Below, one piece after another: positions 25,124 to 38,176 of a DNA stretch of 64,000 nucleotides (position 1 is the stretch's first letter; every line of letters begins with the position of its first letter). Source of the stretch: Octopus sinensis. Taxonomy: Eukaryota. The stretch lies in NCBI RefSeq assembly GCF_006345805.1, contig NC_043006.1, forward strand, positions 74,276,001-74,340,000, written 5' to 3'. The position numbers and the translations under genes were made by a program. The notes under the pieces are model-generated. The model searched no databases and was not told the DNA's origin. It saw only the letters and a list, made by a program, of their open reading frames with translations.

Positions 25124-26760
25124 CCTTTATATACACGTGATAAAAGGTATGTATGTGTGTGTTTGGTGTGCGTGAGTGTCTGTGTTGGCTGTGTGCGTGC
25201 GTGTCTGTTTCACAGAAGATCCAAAAACTTAAGCCTAATTAGGTTACCTACGAAAAAAAACCAAACACTACCAAAGTAAATAATACCCATAGACTATGAA
25301 TGAATCTGCAAATACGCTCCATTTTACGAGAGAGAAGGACAACCCAGAATAACATACGTGTATTTCCATCATCAGCTGCCCAAACGCATATCACTATGGT
25401 TTCGACACTTCGACAGTACTATTCAATCCTGCAGTGTCCACAGCGTTAGAAATATAGACGCTGCCTTGCAATCTTCCGGTTTATTTTCAAAAGTTACAAC
25501 ATAGTAGTCACGTAAAGCTACATATCAATATTTCTGACAAAGAACAATTTCCAAAAAGGACGTTCAAACAATACAACAAACATAGACAACTAGATACTTT
25601 GTTCCTCAACCAACATCTTATCACGAACAAGATATCAATTCCAAAAACAAGCCAAATAATGATTAATGGAACAGTGCATCTTGTAAACAGTGTTCTAGAA
25701 CTATATACAATGAAAAGGACAGCTCAGAATCAATAACTATGAAACAAGTTTTATGATACAAAATATACTATTGATTAATATATTAAAATAATCAAATTAA
25801 AATAGCATAAAAAAGTAAAATAGAATTAAATTGAATTAAATTAAAATATACACAGACACATATATACACGTATATATCTATACATACAAACATGCAAGCA
25901 TGCATACATACGTATACGTACTTCTACAGTTAAAATAAATAATTAATATCACTTCTTAATTAAAAAGAAACTAAATAATCCATTATAAATAAACGGTCAA
26001 TGAACTTGATATTTGGGAACAAATGAAATTACACTTAGTTATAGAATATAAGAATGCATGCAGTTTCAATATACACATGTAGAATATGTGTATATTTATT
26101 CTGATTCCTTCCCCACCCCAAGTGGATAAATCGTTTGCCTTTATTATCTATTTCCGTTGGGAGAAACATTCTAACGAGTCTATTTATCTAAGCCTCATCT
26201 ACCCATGTTAAGTGCAGGAGTGGATGTCTGGTATGTAGGTTACCTACCAACCACATGGCTCTAGGTTCAGTCCCACTGCGTGGCACATTGGGTTAGTGTG
26301 TGTATATATATATATACATAAAGTAATATACGATAATATAAAATATCTTTTTGAATATTGAAAATAATGCGAAAGCATTTTTCGAAATTATAAGGGAATT
26401 TTTTTGTAGATTGCTTTAGAAGAGACCAGTTCCATCATCGATGGGGGAACTGATTGCTATTAAGGGTTTCCTTTATTCTCTACTTAGCTGTGAACTACGG
26501 ATCTATCTTACTCTCTTCCCATGATGGAATAGATCGCTTCTATATGGATAACTACTGTTTATTTGCTGAGAAATGCATCATTTGTACATCTATTCTTGAA
26601 ACAGCTGTAAGAAACATTCTGTACACCTTTTTTTAATCTGATCCATACTCCTGTAACAACTGAACCCCCTTGTTAAATATATAAATTTCATATTCTCACC
26701 TGACACTAGTTTTCTGCCTGCTGATACCTTATGCTATTATACATACACATACATAAATAC

Positions 26761-26815
<55 letters not shown>

Positions 26816-27050
26816 TTTTTGACCCGTACGCGTATGAAATCTAGCTATACTTCGGCATTCTTTCACGCTTTTATCTCTTGCTAAAATGAGGGGTCAACAT
26901 GCATTCCCTATCTTGGTATTTCCTCCGAATGATATTCAACATTTTTAATTCACCTGAAAAAAATAATGGCTCCATTTTCATGATCTAATCGGGTTATTCA
27001 AGAAAAAACGCGTCTAAAACAGCTACAGTGAGACCTTAACCCATTTGTGT

Positions 27051-27107
<57 letters not shown>

Positions 27108-27969
27108 GTGTATTTATGTAATCAAAACTTACATACATACATACGTGTTTATGTATGTGCGTCTGTGTGTGTGTGTGTGTCTGCGTATGAGCGTTTGTGT
27201 GCGTCCACGTATGTATGTATATATGTATGTATGTAGAAACTTGCAAACAAAGCGTTGACTAGTTAAATACGCAGCTATAATGCTTCTTACAATAGACATA
27301 AGAACAAAAATTGCTGGAAGCGAATTCGAGGGAGATTGAAATAGAAACAGCATAAGTAATTACATAAACAGTTGCGTTGGCATACAAACTGATACGCTAA
27401 ATGACTAAAATATTTAGTTTCTGACCGGCTGAGACTTTTAGAAGCACATGAAAGGAACCTCTGCGCGGTTGCATCACCTGCTAGTCATATCAGCCAAACC
27501 TCCATCGCGTTGAAATAGTATAGCCCTGGAAATAATTGCGCATTGCATTCAATTCTTTGAGGTACACTTTATGTAGGAAAACGACGTCTGTAACGTCTTG
27601 TGCGACATACTTCTTCAGTCGTGGCAGACCTCGAGTAAAACAATAACTGATAAGTTTGCAGATTATTGCTTCATTTCTGTTCTTTTCCTTATTTCAAACA
27701 ACGAAGTGGCCAGTTTGCTGTTTATCTATCTGGCGGTTATAAAATATAGGATGATCTGAGTTATAGAGACAACCTAATCAACTATATCTTGCCTGATATT
27801 TGAATCATATACGTACGAACATACGTGCACACACATATACATACATAAATGCATACGTGCATGTGTGTGTTAGTGTGTGCGTAGGATAGAGTAGAAAAGA
27901 AAGGTAAACAATTTTGGCAAGACATGACAAGGACATTTAATTTAATTTAGCTATATAAAAAAGGTAGAG

Positions 27970-28357
27970 ATAGGTGTAGGATTGGCTCTGTGGTAAGTAG
28001 CTTGCTTACCAACCACGTGATTCCGTGTTCAGTCCTACTGCGTGGCAAATTGGGCATGTGTCTTCTTCTATAGCCTTGTGAGTCGATTTGGTTGACGGAA
28101 GCTGAAAGAAGCCCGTCGTATATATATATATGTATGTGTGTGTATATGTTTATGTGTCTGTGTTTGTCTCCCGAACATCGCTTGACAACGTATGCTGGTG
28201 TGCTTACGTCCCCGTAACTTAGAGGTTCGGCAAAAGAGACCGATAAAATAAGTACTAGGCTTACAAAGAATAGGTCCTGGGTTCGATTTGCTCGACTAAA
28301 GGTGGTGCTCCAGCATGGCCGCAGTCAAATGACTGAAACAAGTAAAAGAGTAAAGAG
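27970..28357 (+). mobile_element. SINE family A
   Basis: Head, (TA)/(TG) middle and CAGCATGGCCGCAGTCAAATGACTGAAACAAG tail all match family A. Confidence 0.85.
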
Positions 28358-28981
28358 TATAGTCTCTGACAGCTGTTTCTAGGATATCCCAGCTAATGGG
28401 ACATCATGTCGAGTGAAGTTTCTATATGCTGAGTATGCCGTCATTGGAGAGAGATAGCTTAGACATATGAAACACTACAAGAAAGTTTCTCATCAATGAT
28501 AGTTGTTTTGGTTCGTTAAGTCTAGAAAGAGAAGAGAAATCTAATTAGATCCAGCCATTCTCTTTGATCGTGGATTTACCTAAGAAATACCCGATCTAAT
28601 TGGATTTATTCGGATCTCTCCTCCCTCTGCCAGTTTATACCTTGAAGGGCTCTGCATCCTCTATGGTCGGCTTTACGTTGGACGTATAATCGCAGGAAGT
28701 ATGAAAATTTGTTTACATCTATACGTTAAATGGAAGAACAAACAAAACATTACCGATACATTATGAAATTGTCCCAAATAATGCAGAAATAAGTTATGAT
28801 TAACAGACCTTTCCATCGGGTAAGATGTGGTTTAACATGGAATAAAAATACACACAGAAATAAAGCATTTTATTGTGAAAATTACCAGGAAAGGATGGGA
28901 TGCTCAGCAAGTACATATGTGTATATGTGTGTAAACGTGAGCGAGTGTGCTCGTGTGTTTTGTGTATGTTTGTCCCTAACC

Positions 28982-29215
28982 ACCTATTTCTTTACTACCC
29001 ACAAGGGGCTAAACACAGAGGGAACAAACAAGGACAGACAAACGGAATAAATTGATTACATCGACCCCAGTGCGTAACTGGTACTTAATTTATCGACCCC
29101 GAAAGGATGAAAGGCAAAGTCGACCTCGGCGGAATTTGAACTCAGAACGTAATGGCAGACGAAATACGGCTACGCATTTCGCCCGGCGTGCTAACGTTTC
29201 TGCCAGCTCGCCACC
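28982..29215 (-). mobile_element. SINE family B (near-intact)
   Basis: Minus strand head GGCGAGCTGGCAGAAACGTTAGCACG, B-box GAGTTCAAATTCC, central CCTTTCATCCTTTCGGGGTCGATAAATTAAGTACCAG. Confidence 0.85.
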
Positions 29216-29274
29216 TAACCACCGCGTGCCAGCCGGTGACTGTATGTCTACATCTCATTAATCAAATAATGATA

Positions 29275-29534
29275 AATAAATGCGCCCTTTTTAAAACCTT
29301 GCCAGGCTCATGGGCCTGATTTCCTGGTTTCTATGGCATATGGCATATGTGTTCTCCAGCTGGACGGAACGTCAGTCCATCGCAGCGTTACTCATTTTTG
29401 CCAAGTGAGTGGACTGGAGCAACGTGAAATGAAGTGTTTTGCTCGAGAACACAACACGTCACCCGGTCCAAGAATCGAAATCACAATCTTACGATCATAG
29501 TGCTGGCACCCTAACCACTAAGCTACGCGCCTCC
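29275..29534 (-). mobile_element. SINE family C
   Basis: Collinear with 9690-9937. Confidence 0.8.
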
Positions 29535-30159
29535 ACGTCCCATTAATTAGCGGTTCGGTAAAAGAATCCGATAGAGTACGTACCAACTTAAACCAAAAAA
29601 TAAGTACTGGGGTCGATTGTTTCTACTAAAATTCTTCGAGGTGGTGCCCCAGCATGGCCGCAATTTAATGACTGAAACAGTAAATAACAAAAGATGAAAG
29701 ATATTTATTTGATGGGAAATTTCATAATTATAATTTACGTAACTAATAGATAATCAACGTTAATGACTTTACCGTCTGGGAAAGAATATTTGATATTTTA
29801 TAACTTTTTTCCCCTGTGTAAGTGACGTTCCAGAATTGGAACAGCTGCAACTAAGAATACAAATCGAGTTAGCGTTTTGCTATACATCGATCATCTCCCA
29901 TATTCGGTAACATCAGCCATAATTCCAAGACATACAGCTGAGTCAGTCATTGGAGGTGCTTAATTGCTGATGAAATTCCTGCGATGTTCTTTGTCTACTT
30001 TCACATACTTTTGTCAGCCGGCAGTGCATATAGATACTTCGTTGATGATAGATTTCTTATTTAACCCTAGGTCAATGTTGATCGGGAAAAAACAAAGATC
30101 AATAGACGTCCTTCCGTGCCCATCCGCATTTTGGGGCTTTCCTAGAACTTCTTTATACA

Positions 30160-30335
30160 TTCTTTTATTCTTTTACTTGTTTCAGTCATCTGACTGCGGC
30201 AATGCTGTAAAACCGCATTTAGTCGAATAGATCAACCCTAGGGCGAATTCTTCGTAAGCTAGGCTACGGGGACAAAAACACACCAACATTGGTTGTCAAG
30301 CGATGATGGAAGGACAAACACAGGCACATATAGAA

Positions 30336-30432
<97 letters not shown>

Positions 30433-31110
30433 GTAGAAACAATTAAGATTCAAGTGAGTTCCAATGAATTCACATGAATGCGGTACTTAACTTAGATGCA
30501 CCAGAAATCTATATGGTATTAACCATAAAATAATGTGGGGTGATTATAAACAAGAAAAAACAAGAAAAAAACAATTGTACTGAACAACTAATCCATTCTT
30601 GTTGCTTTTTTCTTGTATATATATATAAGAGGTGGGAGGAGAAGAACAAATAAAAACAAGGAGAGGATAGATCGCTAGCCACTAAACCATTTCCTATTTT
30701 CTCTCCCTGTTTATTCCTGTGTCCCTTTCTGCAGAAGAGCGTAGGCTCGAAACGTAAAAGACTTTCTCACTTCCCGAGCGTTAAACTAATACATGTGTTT
30801 GTTGTTTACACACTCGTCTTCGTCTTTTGTTTTCTTTTTTTTTTGTAAATTCTCACAATATATATATATATATATATTTCTTTACTACCCACAAGGGGCT
30901 AAACACAGAGAGGAATATATATATATATATATATATATATATTACGCTTTCAGTTTCCGTCTACCAGATCCACAGATCCACTCACAAGGCTTTGGTCGAG
31001 CCGAAGCTAGAGTAGATGACACATACGCAAGGTTCCACGCAGTGGAACTGAACCCGGAACCATGTCATTGCGATGCAATCTTCTTATCACACAGCCACAC
31101 ATGCGCCTAC
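30160..31110 (-). mobile_element. SINE family A split by nested insertions
   Basis: Tail half at 30160-30330, head half at 30940-31110; (TA)n, an HHR element and a SINE B fragment lie between. Confidence 0.7.
30725..30760 (+). ncRNA. Minimal type I hammerhead motif (A6C) in TA-terminated element 30625-30858
   Basis: CTTT-CTGCAGAA-GAGC-GTAG-GCTC-GAAAC-GTA-AAAG. Confidence 0.6.
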
Positions 31111-31821
31111 CTTTTTTTAACGCGCTAGAGCTCATTTATAAGAGATATTTGGATGTTGTTTGTATCATGTCAAACAAACGCTTGAATTTTTCGTTTTCGG
31201 TTCGTTGAAATATAAATTCGTTTTTATTTAAACTCTTATCATTCACAATTGTCAATCAAATAGACCTATGGCTAAAAACATTCCTGCCATGAGCGACCTA
31301 TCTCAAAATATGATATAAAAGGCTACATCGTTTACTGTTCCCCTTAACCATTTCTAAAACGGTGGATGGTGATTTGATAGATGTTTTGACTGCTATTTCT
31401 AGGAGGCTAACTATGTAAAGTCTCTCTCGTTTGCTCCTTGCGTAAATATGGATTATGCACAGAGACAAGAGATGAAACCAGTGACAGTTCCATGTATTTG
31501 AAGAATGTTTAGTTGGTTTGTGATTCTAAGTTCAAACTTGCTGGTGTATTCACGTATATCTTCTAAAATGGACTTTACCTTACTTAATAAAGGGTCAAAT
31601 AAAAATGGCTTTACATACAATTTTTCTGTGGTTAGTTAACTGCATAGTAAACGGTTGCTGACAAGAACTTAAACACATTTGAAACTATAGCTCAGTGATT
31701 CTTGTCCGACTGTCTACAGTCATTAAAAAACATCTAATCAATTTGCATAAATGGCGGCTCAAAATCTATAGTTTTGCATTTGTTGAGTTGTTTATAATAA
31801 ATACACACTCCTAATTCGTCG

Positions 31822-31990
31822 ATGGTGGCGCATGGCCTAATGGTCAGAGCGCTGTACTCACGCTTGCGAGATCGTGGGTTCCATTCTTGGGCGGTGCATT
31901 GTGTTTTTTGACCAAAACACTTCATCTCAAGTTATTCTGTTATCACTTCAACATCTGACGCATAGCACATCGTACACCTGTACAGATGAT
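31822..31990 (+). mobile_element. SINE family C (decayed)
   Basis: GGTGGCGCATGGCCTAATGGTCAGAGC head plus family C body. Confidence 0.6.
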
Positions 31991-32945
31991 ATCAAAATGA
32001 TGAAGGGAGTGTTCTAATATGCAGCACGAACATTTAAAAGCTGTAAATAAATCCTCAGTACTGATTGTCCATTTATTATCTTCGTTGTTTGTGTAGTGCT
32101 CACCAAGTCCACCCAGTTGGTGGCGGCTGATAATACTGAGAAACATTCTATTACTTCGCTACCGATGAGTTTACTAGTCTGGAGTAAATCAAAACTAAAT
32201 ACACATATTTTAGACTAATTCTAACTTAAAGCTTGCTTCTTGAATGCATATTATTAGATCTGAAAACAAATTACGAGCGGATTTGATCATGATACTGCAA
32301 GAGGAGAATAAGTACACTGTAAATTATTTTCAGCTTATAAATTTTCAGCGAATTTATACATGATAATTCTTTCCACTAAAGTGCGGTGTTTATTAGAAAG
32401 CGAATAAATATTATACAAGCAGCAAATTTTATAGCTATTTTGTAAGTAGCAAGCTGAACAAAGATAGAAAGAGAAGAGATGATGATGGGATTCGAATATT
32501 AAAAGAAGATACTAAGTCTGTGCGACCTGTTGAGTGCAATAAAGAAAGCGTATGTTTCTTAGAGGTAGAGTTGTAAAAGCAAGTAATTAACATGTTGTGA
32601 ACTGGTGAAAAATTGTAAAATGTTATTCATCTTCGGTTCATATTTTCATCACCTCTCGAATTATCTCGCCATCCGCCCAAGCTGTATGATATTATTAGTT
32701 ATGGGTTGTGTAGTGTTATCTCAGAAGCCTGTCACAAATATTTCGTAACTGGGAACATAAAAATTATCTTCCCATTTTCATCCATGATTAACTCAGATTT
32801 CGTCTGGTTTATTTGATATCCGGATTAACTGGGTACGGCTCAATGAAGTTTGAAGGTTCATTGTATATAATGATAAGCTGTTTCTCTCTCTTTGTCTCCC
32901 TCTTCCTATGTCTATCGCTCTCTCTCTATCTCTCCACACACACAC

Positions 32946-33702
32946 ATGAGTGATGACGCGACCTTTCATGTACATGTTGCTAAACTGACAATGAAATGTA
33001 GACGGCTGGCTGGATGGATTCTTAGAACCTTTAGAACAAGAGAACAAGAAACCATGATGGTCCTCTGGAAGACACTTGTCCTAAGCCACTTTGACTATTG
33101 CTCTCAGCTATGGTCACCATCCAGTGTCAAGTTGATCACAGAACTTGAGGCGATCCAACGAAGCTACACGAAGAAGATAGCCTCTGTACAGCATATGAGC
33201 TACTGGGAAAGACTCAAGATATTAAAGCTCTATTCCCTGGAGCGTAGGCGAGAAAGATATGCCATAATATATATCTGGAAGATCCTGGAAGGACTTGTCC
33301 CAAACTTTGGCATCGAGAGTTACACAAATGCCAGAACCGGACGCCATTGCGTAGTACCAAGTACTCCAAATTTGCCATCAAGATGTAGGACAAGATACTG
33401 TGACAGCCTGGGCTTCAGAGGCCCACAGCTCTTCAATATCCTCCCGAAGAACCTGAGGGACCTGCATGATGTAGATGCGGATGTCTTTAAAGTAGGACTG
33501 GATCTCTTCCTGTCAGGTGTCCCGGATGAACCAACTTCACGGCAGGAGGTGCAGATGAGGGCAGCTGCATCGAACTCTCTCATGCATCAGATGGCGTTTG
33601 CTAAAAAGCATCCGTGAGGTAAAATCGTGTAGCAAACCAAATGGCGGTGCCCCAGCATGGCCACAGCTCATTAGCTGAAACTAGAAAAATCAAAATCAAA
33701 TC
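32946..33702 (+). mobile_element. CR1-clade LINE, 5'-truncated 3' end (ORF open to 33617)
   Basis: GWILRTF, FDYCSQLWSP, LEAIQRSYTK, YWERLKILKLYSLERRRER: typical CR1 RT C-terminus; 3' UTR GGCGGTGCCCCAGCATGGCCACAG...GCTGAAAC. Confidence 0.9.
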
Positions 33703-33711
33703 ATATAAATT

Positions 33712-33753
<42 letters not shown>

Positions 33754-33755
33754 AA

Positions 33756-33886
33756 TTTCTAGGTGCAATCCCATGGTCATTCATGACCGAAGGGGGTTTT
33801 TACCCTTTATATATATATATAATATATATATATAAAGGGTAAAAACCCCCTTCGGTCATGAATGACCATGGGATTGCACCTAGAAA
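33756..33886. repeat. 131-bp palindrome: 54-bp perfect arms around a TA spacer
   Basis: 33756-33809 is the exact reverse complement of 33833-33886. Confidence 0.95.
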
Positions 33887-34175
33887 GTTATCCTCCTAGA
33901 CACAAGTCCGGGCAAGGTTGTTTATGGAAGGCCAGCAGTCGCCCATGCATACCAGCCTCCCCTCTCCACGCCACCAGTGTTATCCAAGGGAAAGACAAAG
34001 GTCGATACAGCTTGGCACCAGTGACGTCGCAGCTCATTTCTACAGCTGAATGAACTGGAGCAACGTGAAATAAAGTGCCTTGCTCGAGAACACAACACGC
34101 AGCCCGGTCCGGGATTCGAGCTCACAACCTCACGATCGTAAGCTCGACGCTCTAACCACTGAGCCATGCGCCTTC
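33833..34175 (-). mobile_element. SINE family C (full length)
   Basis: Minus strand GAAGGCGCATGGCTCAGTGGTTAGAGCG head; collinear with 55771-56065. Confidence 0.85.
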
Positions 34176-34247
34176 ACTGATATATATATATGTATGTATA
34201 TAAAATCTGTGTATACATATATCTACATGCATCAAACTCATAGCCCA

Positions 34248-34330
<83 letters not shown>

Positions 34331-34344
34331 GTATCTATCTATCT

Positions 34345-34641
34345 ATCTATCTATATTACGGAGATGTACTTGCATAGCGAGCGACTTGATCTGAGATCGT
34401 GTGCTGGAACGAAAACAATTGCAGCATGGAAGGTGTTTATAAGCCATTTAAGAAACACACAAAACCGTTAGATTCACTTCAACATTTAAATTTAAGAGAT
34501 GCAACACGTAATTTTGTCAGTAAACAGGTCGCGGTCTCAAAGCGACGAAAATATTTTGACAAATTAAATTTAAATGTTGAAGTGAATCTAACAGTTTTGT
34601 GTGTTTCTTAAATGGCTTATAAACACCTTCCACGCTACAAT

Positions 34642-34645
<4 letters not shown>
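34345..34645. mobile_element. Fold-back MITE, partial (left outer arm kept)
   Basis: ~76-bp internal inverted arms (GGAAGGTGTTTATAAGCCATTTAAG... / ...CTTAAATGGCTTATAAACACCTTCC); homologous to 39055-39355. Confidence 0.75.
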
Positions 34646-34671
<26 letters not shown>

Positions 34672-34672
<1 letters not shown>

Positions 34673-35055
34673 CTATATATAAACGGCAGTTTGTCTGTGC
34701 GTGTTTCTGTGTGTCTGTTTGCTTGTACCCTCACCCTGACCACGGCTTTCAACCGATTCTGATGAAACTTGACACACACATAGCCCAATGTCATAATTCA
34801 AAACTAACGCAGCGAAAATTTTGAAAAGTTCCCCCAGTTCTGAAAAAAATCGATAAATTCGACATGGGGTCGAGAATCAGGAATACGAACCACAAACAGT
34901 CTAGGGGACGCAACTCTACCTTTTTTAAATCTCAAAAAAAAATTTACCATCATTTTTTTCCATTTTTTTGCTATTTTTTGGCTATAACTCTCTAAAAATG
35001 CTTTATAGTTGTTATTTCCTTTACAAACCTGAGCAACGCCGGGCGATACTGCTAG
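34672..35055 (+). mobile_element. Non-autonomous Helitron-like element
   Basis: 5' TC after A, 3' CTAG before T, subterminal GC-rich GCAACGCCGGGCG motif, no TIR or TSD. Confidence 0.7.
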
Positions 35056-35056
35056 T

Positions 35057-35127
<71 letters not shown>

Positions 35128-35141
35128 ATATATATATATGT

Positions 35142-35213
<72 letters not shown>

Positions 35214-36464
35214 GAATATAAAAAAATATATGTATGTGTGCATTCATGTACACATGTAAATAACTGATACACAGTGTATACATGTATAATGTTAGTATAT
35301 ACATAATGCGTATGTGTGCGTGTGACAGCGAAACGTTCACGTGTGTGTGTCTCGGAGGGAGCGAGAGGATTCATGTTTAGGTGACATGTGTAAACAATGG
35401 CTACAAAGCCGATAAACCTATTCTGTCAAAGGAAAATCTCCAGTGATATTTAAGTCATTCGTCTTCTACAGACAATCCCTCTTATTTCTCACCAACTTAA
35501 ATATACTGAAGCAGTAATTGGCCCCGATAGAATCCTATAGACAACAACGTCGTTGTTCATTGAAATGTCATATTAAATTTTAATAAAAATACCCCACTCA
35601 GTTAACCTTTACTGGTGTCTAGAAAGTCCATCTTTTAAATATATTTATGGGAATTTGAACGCATTAAAACGTTATTGATTTATGTACGCCATTTTGTCTT
35701 TGTATAACTTGAACAACGTGTCTTCATTTGCTGCAGTAATTCTCGGGCTGTTTTCGTCCCGCTCAGGTTTTCTTGAAATGAGGTTCGCTTCTTCCAGTAA
35801 GTGTTCTTGCATTTTCGAATTATCCAGAAATGTAGTTTATACACCGTTGTACGAATGTGGTGATTTATAACAAAAGCAAATCCCATATCTCTCCGTCCCA
35901 CTGTCTGTCTGTCTCTCTCTGTCTGTCTGACTCTGATTCCCTTTCTCTCTCCCCATATATATGTGTGGGGGGGGGGGGGGCTCCATTTCACTGCATCTAC
36001 TGGAAGTTTTGAGAATGGATGCTTTCATATAGATATCTCTGATGAGAACCAATAAGGTTCTGATATCGATTAATACTGTTCAACCTGTTTTCAAGCTACA
36101 GAGGAAATCGTTAAATTCGCCCTGTCTCTGTAGTTATAACATAAGTTGCACACACACACACACACACACACACACAACGTATCATCAGAAGCACATTTCA
36201 TTGCCTTATATTACAGAGATCAAACAAATGCCATTTGGATTTCTGCAACATAATGCAATGATGTGCTCCCCTGATGGTTCGTTGTGGTTAAGCGTCAAAC
36301 TGGTGTTCACCATAATTTCCCCTACATATGCACTGTATGTCATAACCTTTAATACTATATATTGTAGTAGTAACCTATACATTGATGACGACAATTTATC
36401 TACGGGGAATTTCAAAATCAACAGTGGCGATCGTACATATAAATCTTTTATCTTTTACTCGTTT

Positions 36465-36795
36465 TAGACATTACGGTGCGGCCATGCTGGGGCATAGCGG
36501 TGAAGAAATTTTGATCAAATCAATCGATCAACGTAGTTGCTTTTTTTCTTAAGTTTATTCTATCGATCTCTTTTGCCGAATCGGTAGTTTACGGGGACGT
36601 AAACACACTAACACCAGGAGTGGTGGGGGACAACACAAAAACACGCATACACACACACACACACACACACAAATATGACAGGCTTCATTCTGTTTCCGCC
36701 TACCAAATCCACTGGCAAGGCTTTGTGCAAGTTGTCCTTGAACCGGGAACCATGTGGTTGGGAAACAAACTTTTTACCACACAGCCACCTCTGTG
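36465..36795 (-). mobile_element. SINE family A (decayed)
   Basis: GGCCATGCTGGGGCA tail, TTTGCCGAA body and CCACACAGCCAC head segments on the minus strand. Confidence 0.7.
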
Positions 36796-36816
36796 CCTAA
36801 ATGGACACATAAGATA

Positions 36817-37070
36817 TACAGTGATCCCTCACCATATCGCGGTTCACCTATCGCGGCTCACCTATCGCGGCTCACCTATCGCGGCTCACCTATCGCGGTT
36901 TATTATTTAAGTTTACGTTGGTACCTCTGTGATGTTATTTTGCTTTTATAATAAAATAAATATATACAAATTATAAAATAATTTTAAAAATATACAGTAC
37001 ACTACTGCTTCTATTTCGCGGATTTTCACCTATCGCGCGGGGTTTTGGAAAGTAAAAGTCGCGTGCTGTT
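36817..37070 (+). mobile_element. pogo/Tigger-like MITE fragment with 14-bp tandem expansion
   Basis: TA|CAGTGATCCCTC start; (TATCGCGGCTCACC)n at about 36835-36900; related TTCGCGGATTTTCACCTATCGCG near 37015-37040. Confidence 0.5.
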
Positions 37071-37293
37071 CTCGCTCTTTGGCTCTGACAGAATATGTTT
37101 GATAACATGTATTCAAACGTAACCAACACCCGTTTTTTTTTTAAGGAATACAATAGTTTGGAACTTATCTGGATTAACTTAACGCCATCCATTTTTACGT
37201 CGTCTGGGCATTGGTTTCCTTATTTATTTTATTTTATTTTATTTTTTGTACTTTAGAGTAAAGAAAATTAAGTGCAAAACTTTATTTTATATA

Positions 37294-37496
37294 CAAGGGC
37301 GTGCTGAAAAGATTCTGGTTTTAAGGGTGTCGTGACAGGCCTGGCTGGAGGCACAAACTTCCGAGTTCTTTAACTGAAGGACCACTGCACCAAGTGTGTG
37401 AATCTGAGAGGGGAATATTTTAAAAAGAGTCATAATTAACTGATACTCCTGTGTTTTCTTTTACCCGCAAAGCAGGAAATTTTCATCACACCCTCG
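37294..37496 (+). mobile_element. mariner-derived MITE (203 bp)
   Basis: Imperfect TIRs CAAGGGCGTGCTGAAAAG / TTTTCATCACACCCTCG with TA flanks; retains transposase C-terminal TKCVNLRGEYF. Confidence 0.7.
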
Positions 37497-37636
37497 TATT
37501 AAATATACACACATATTGGTTTCAAACTTTGGCACAAGGCCATCAACTTCAAGGACCCTAATACTCAACTAATATCTATTTCATTGGGCCCGAAAAGATG
37601 AAAGGTAATGTCTTCCGCGGTGGAATTTGAACACTA

Positions 37637-37807
37637 GGCGCAGGTGTGACAGTGCGGTAAGAAACTTGCTTTCCAACCACATGATTCCGGGTTCAGTTCC
37701 ACTGCGTGGCACCTTTGGCAAATGTCTTCTACTATAACCTCGGGCCGACCAAAGCCTTGTCAGTGGATTGGTAGAAGGAAACTGAAACAAGCCTGTCGTA
37801 TATATAT

Positions 37808-37886
<79 letters not shown>

Positions 37887-38120
37887 GTGTGTGTGTTTGT
37901 ATGCATATGTGGGTATCTGTCCCCAACCACCGCTTGGAAACCGATGTTAGTGTGTTTAAATCCCCGTAATCTAGCGGTTCGGCAAAAGAGTCCGATAGAA
38001 TAAATACTAGGCGTACAAGGAATAAGTCCTGGGGTTGATTGCTTCGACTAAAAAAAAAACTGTAGTGTGGTGCTCCAGCATGACCGCAATTAAAATGACT
38101 GAAACAAATAAAAGAATAAT
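37637..38120 (+). mobile_element. SINE family A
   Basis: GGCGCAGG head, (TA)(TG) middle, GTGCTCCAGCATGACCGCA tail. Confidence 0.85.
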
Positions 38121-38130
38121 CGAATAGAAC

Positions 38131-38176
<46 letters not shown>

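Noticed and set aside
25340-25420. CTGATGA and CTGTCGAA cores on the minus strand
   Set aside because: Stem II is missing and the cleavage position is G; stem I does not form.
32160-32222. CCGATGA-hairpin-AAAAC-hairpin-GAC hammerhead ghost
   Set aside because: Needs three core substitutions and has almost no stem I.
36038-36072. CTGATGA-GAACC/GGTTC hairpin
   Set aside because: Followed by TGATA instead of GAAA, with no stem I.
36835-36900. CRISPR-like array (also 16255-16522, 60574-60667)
   Set aside because: Contiguous tandem units without unique spacers; eukaryotic context with no cas genes.
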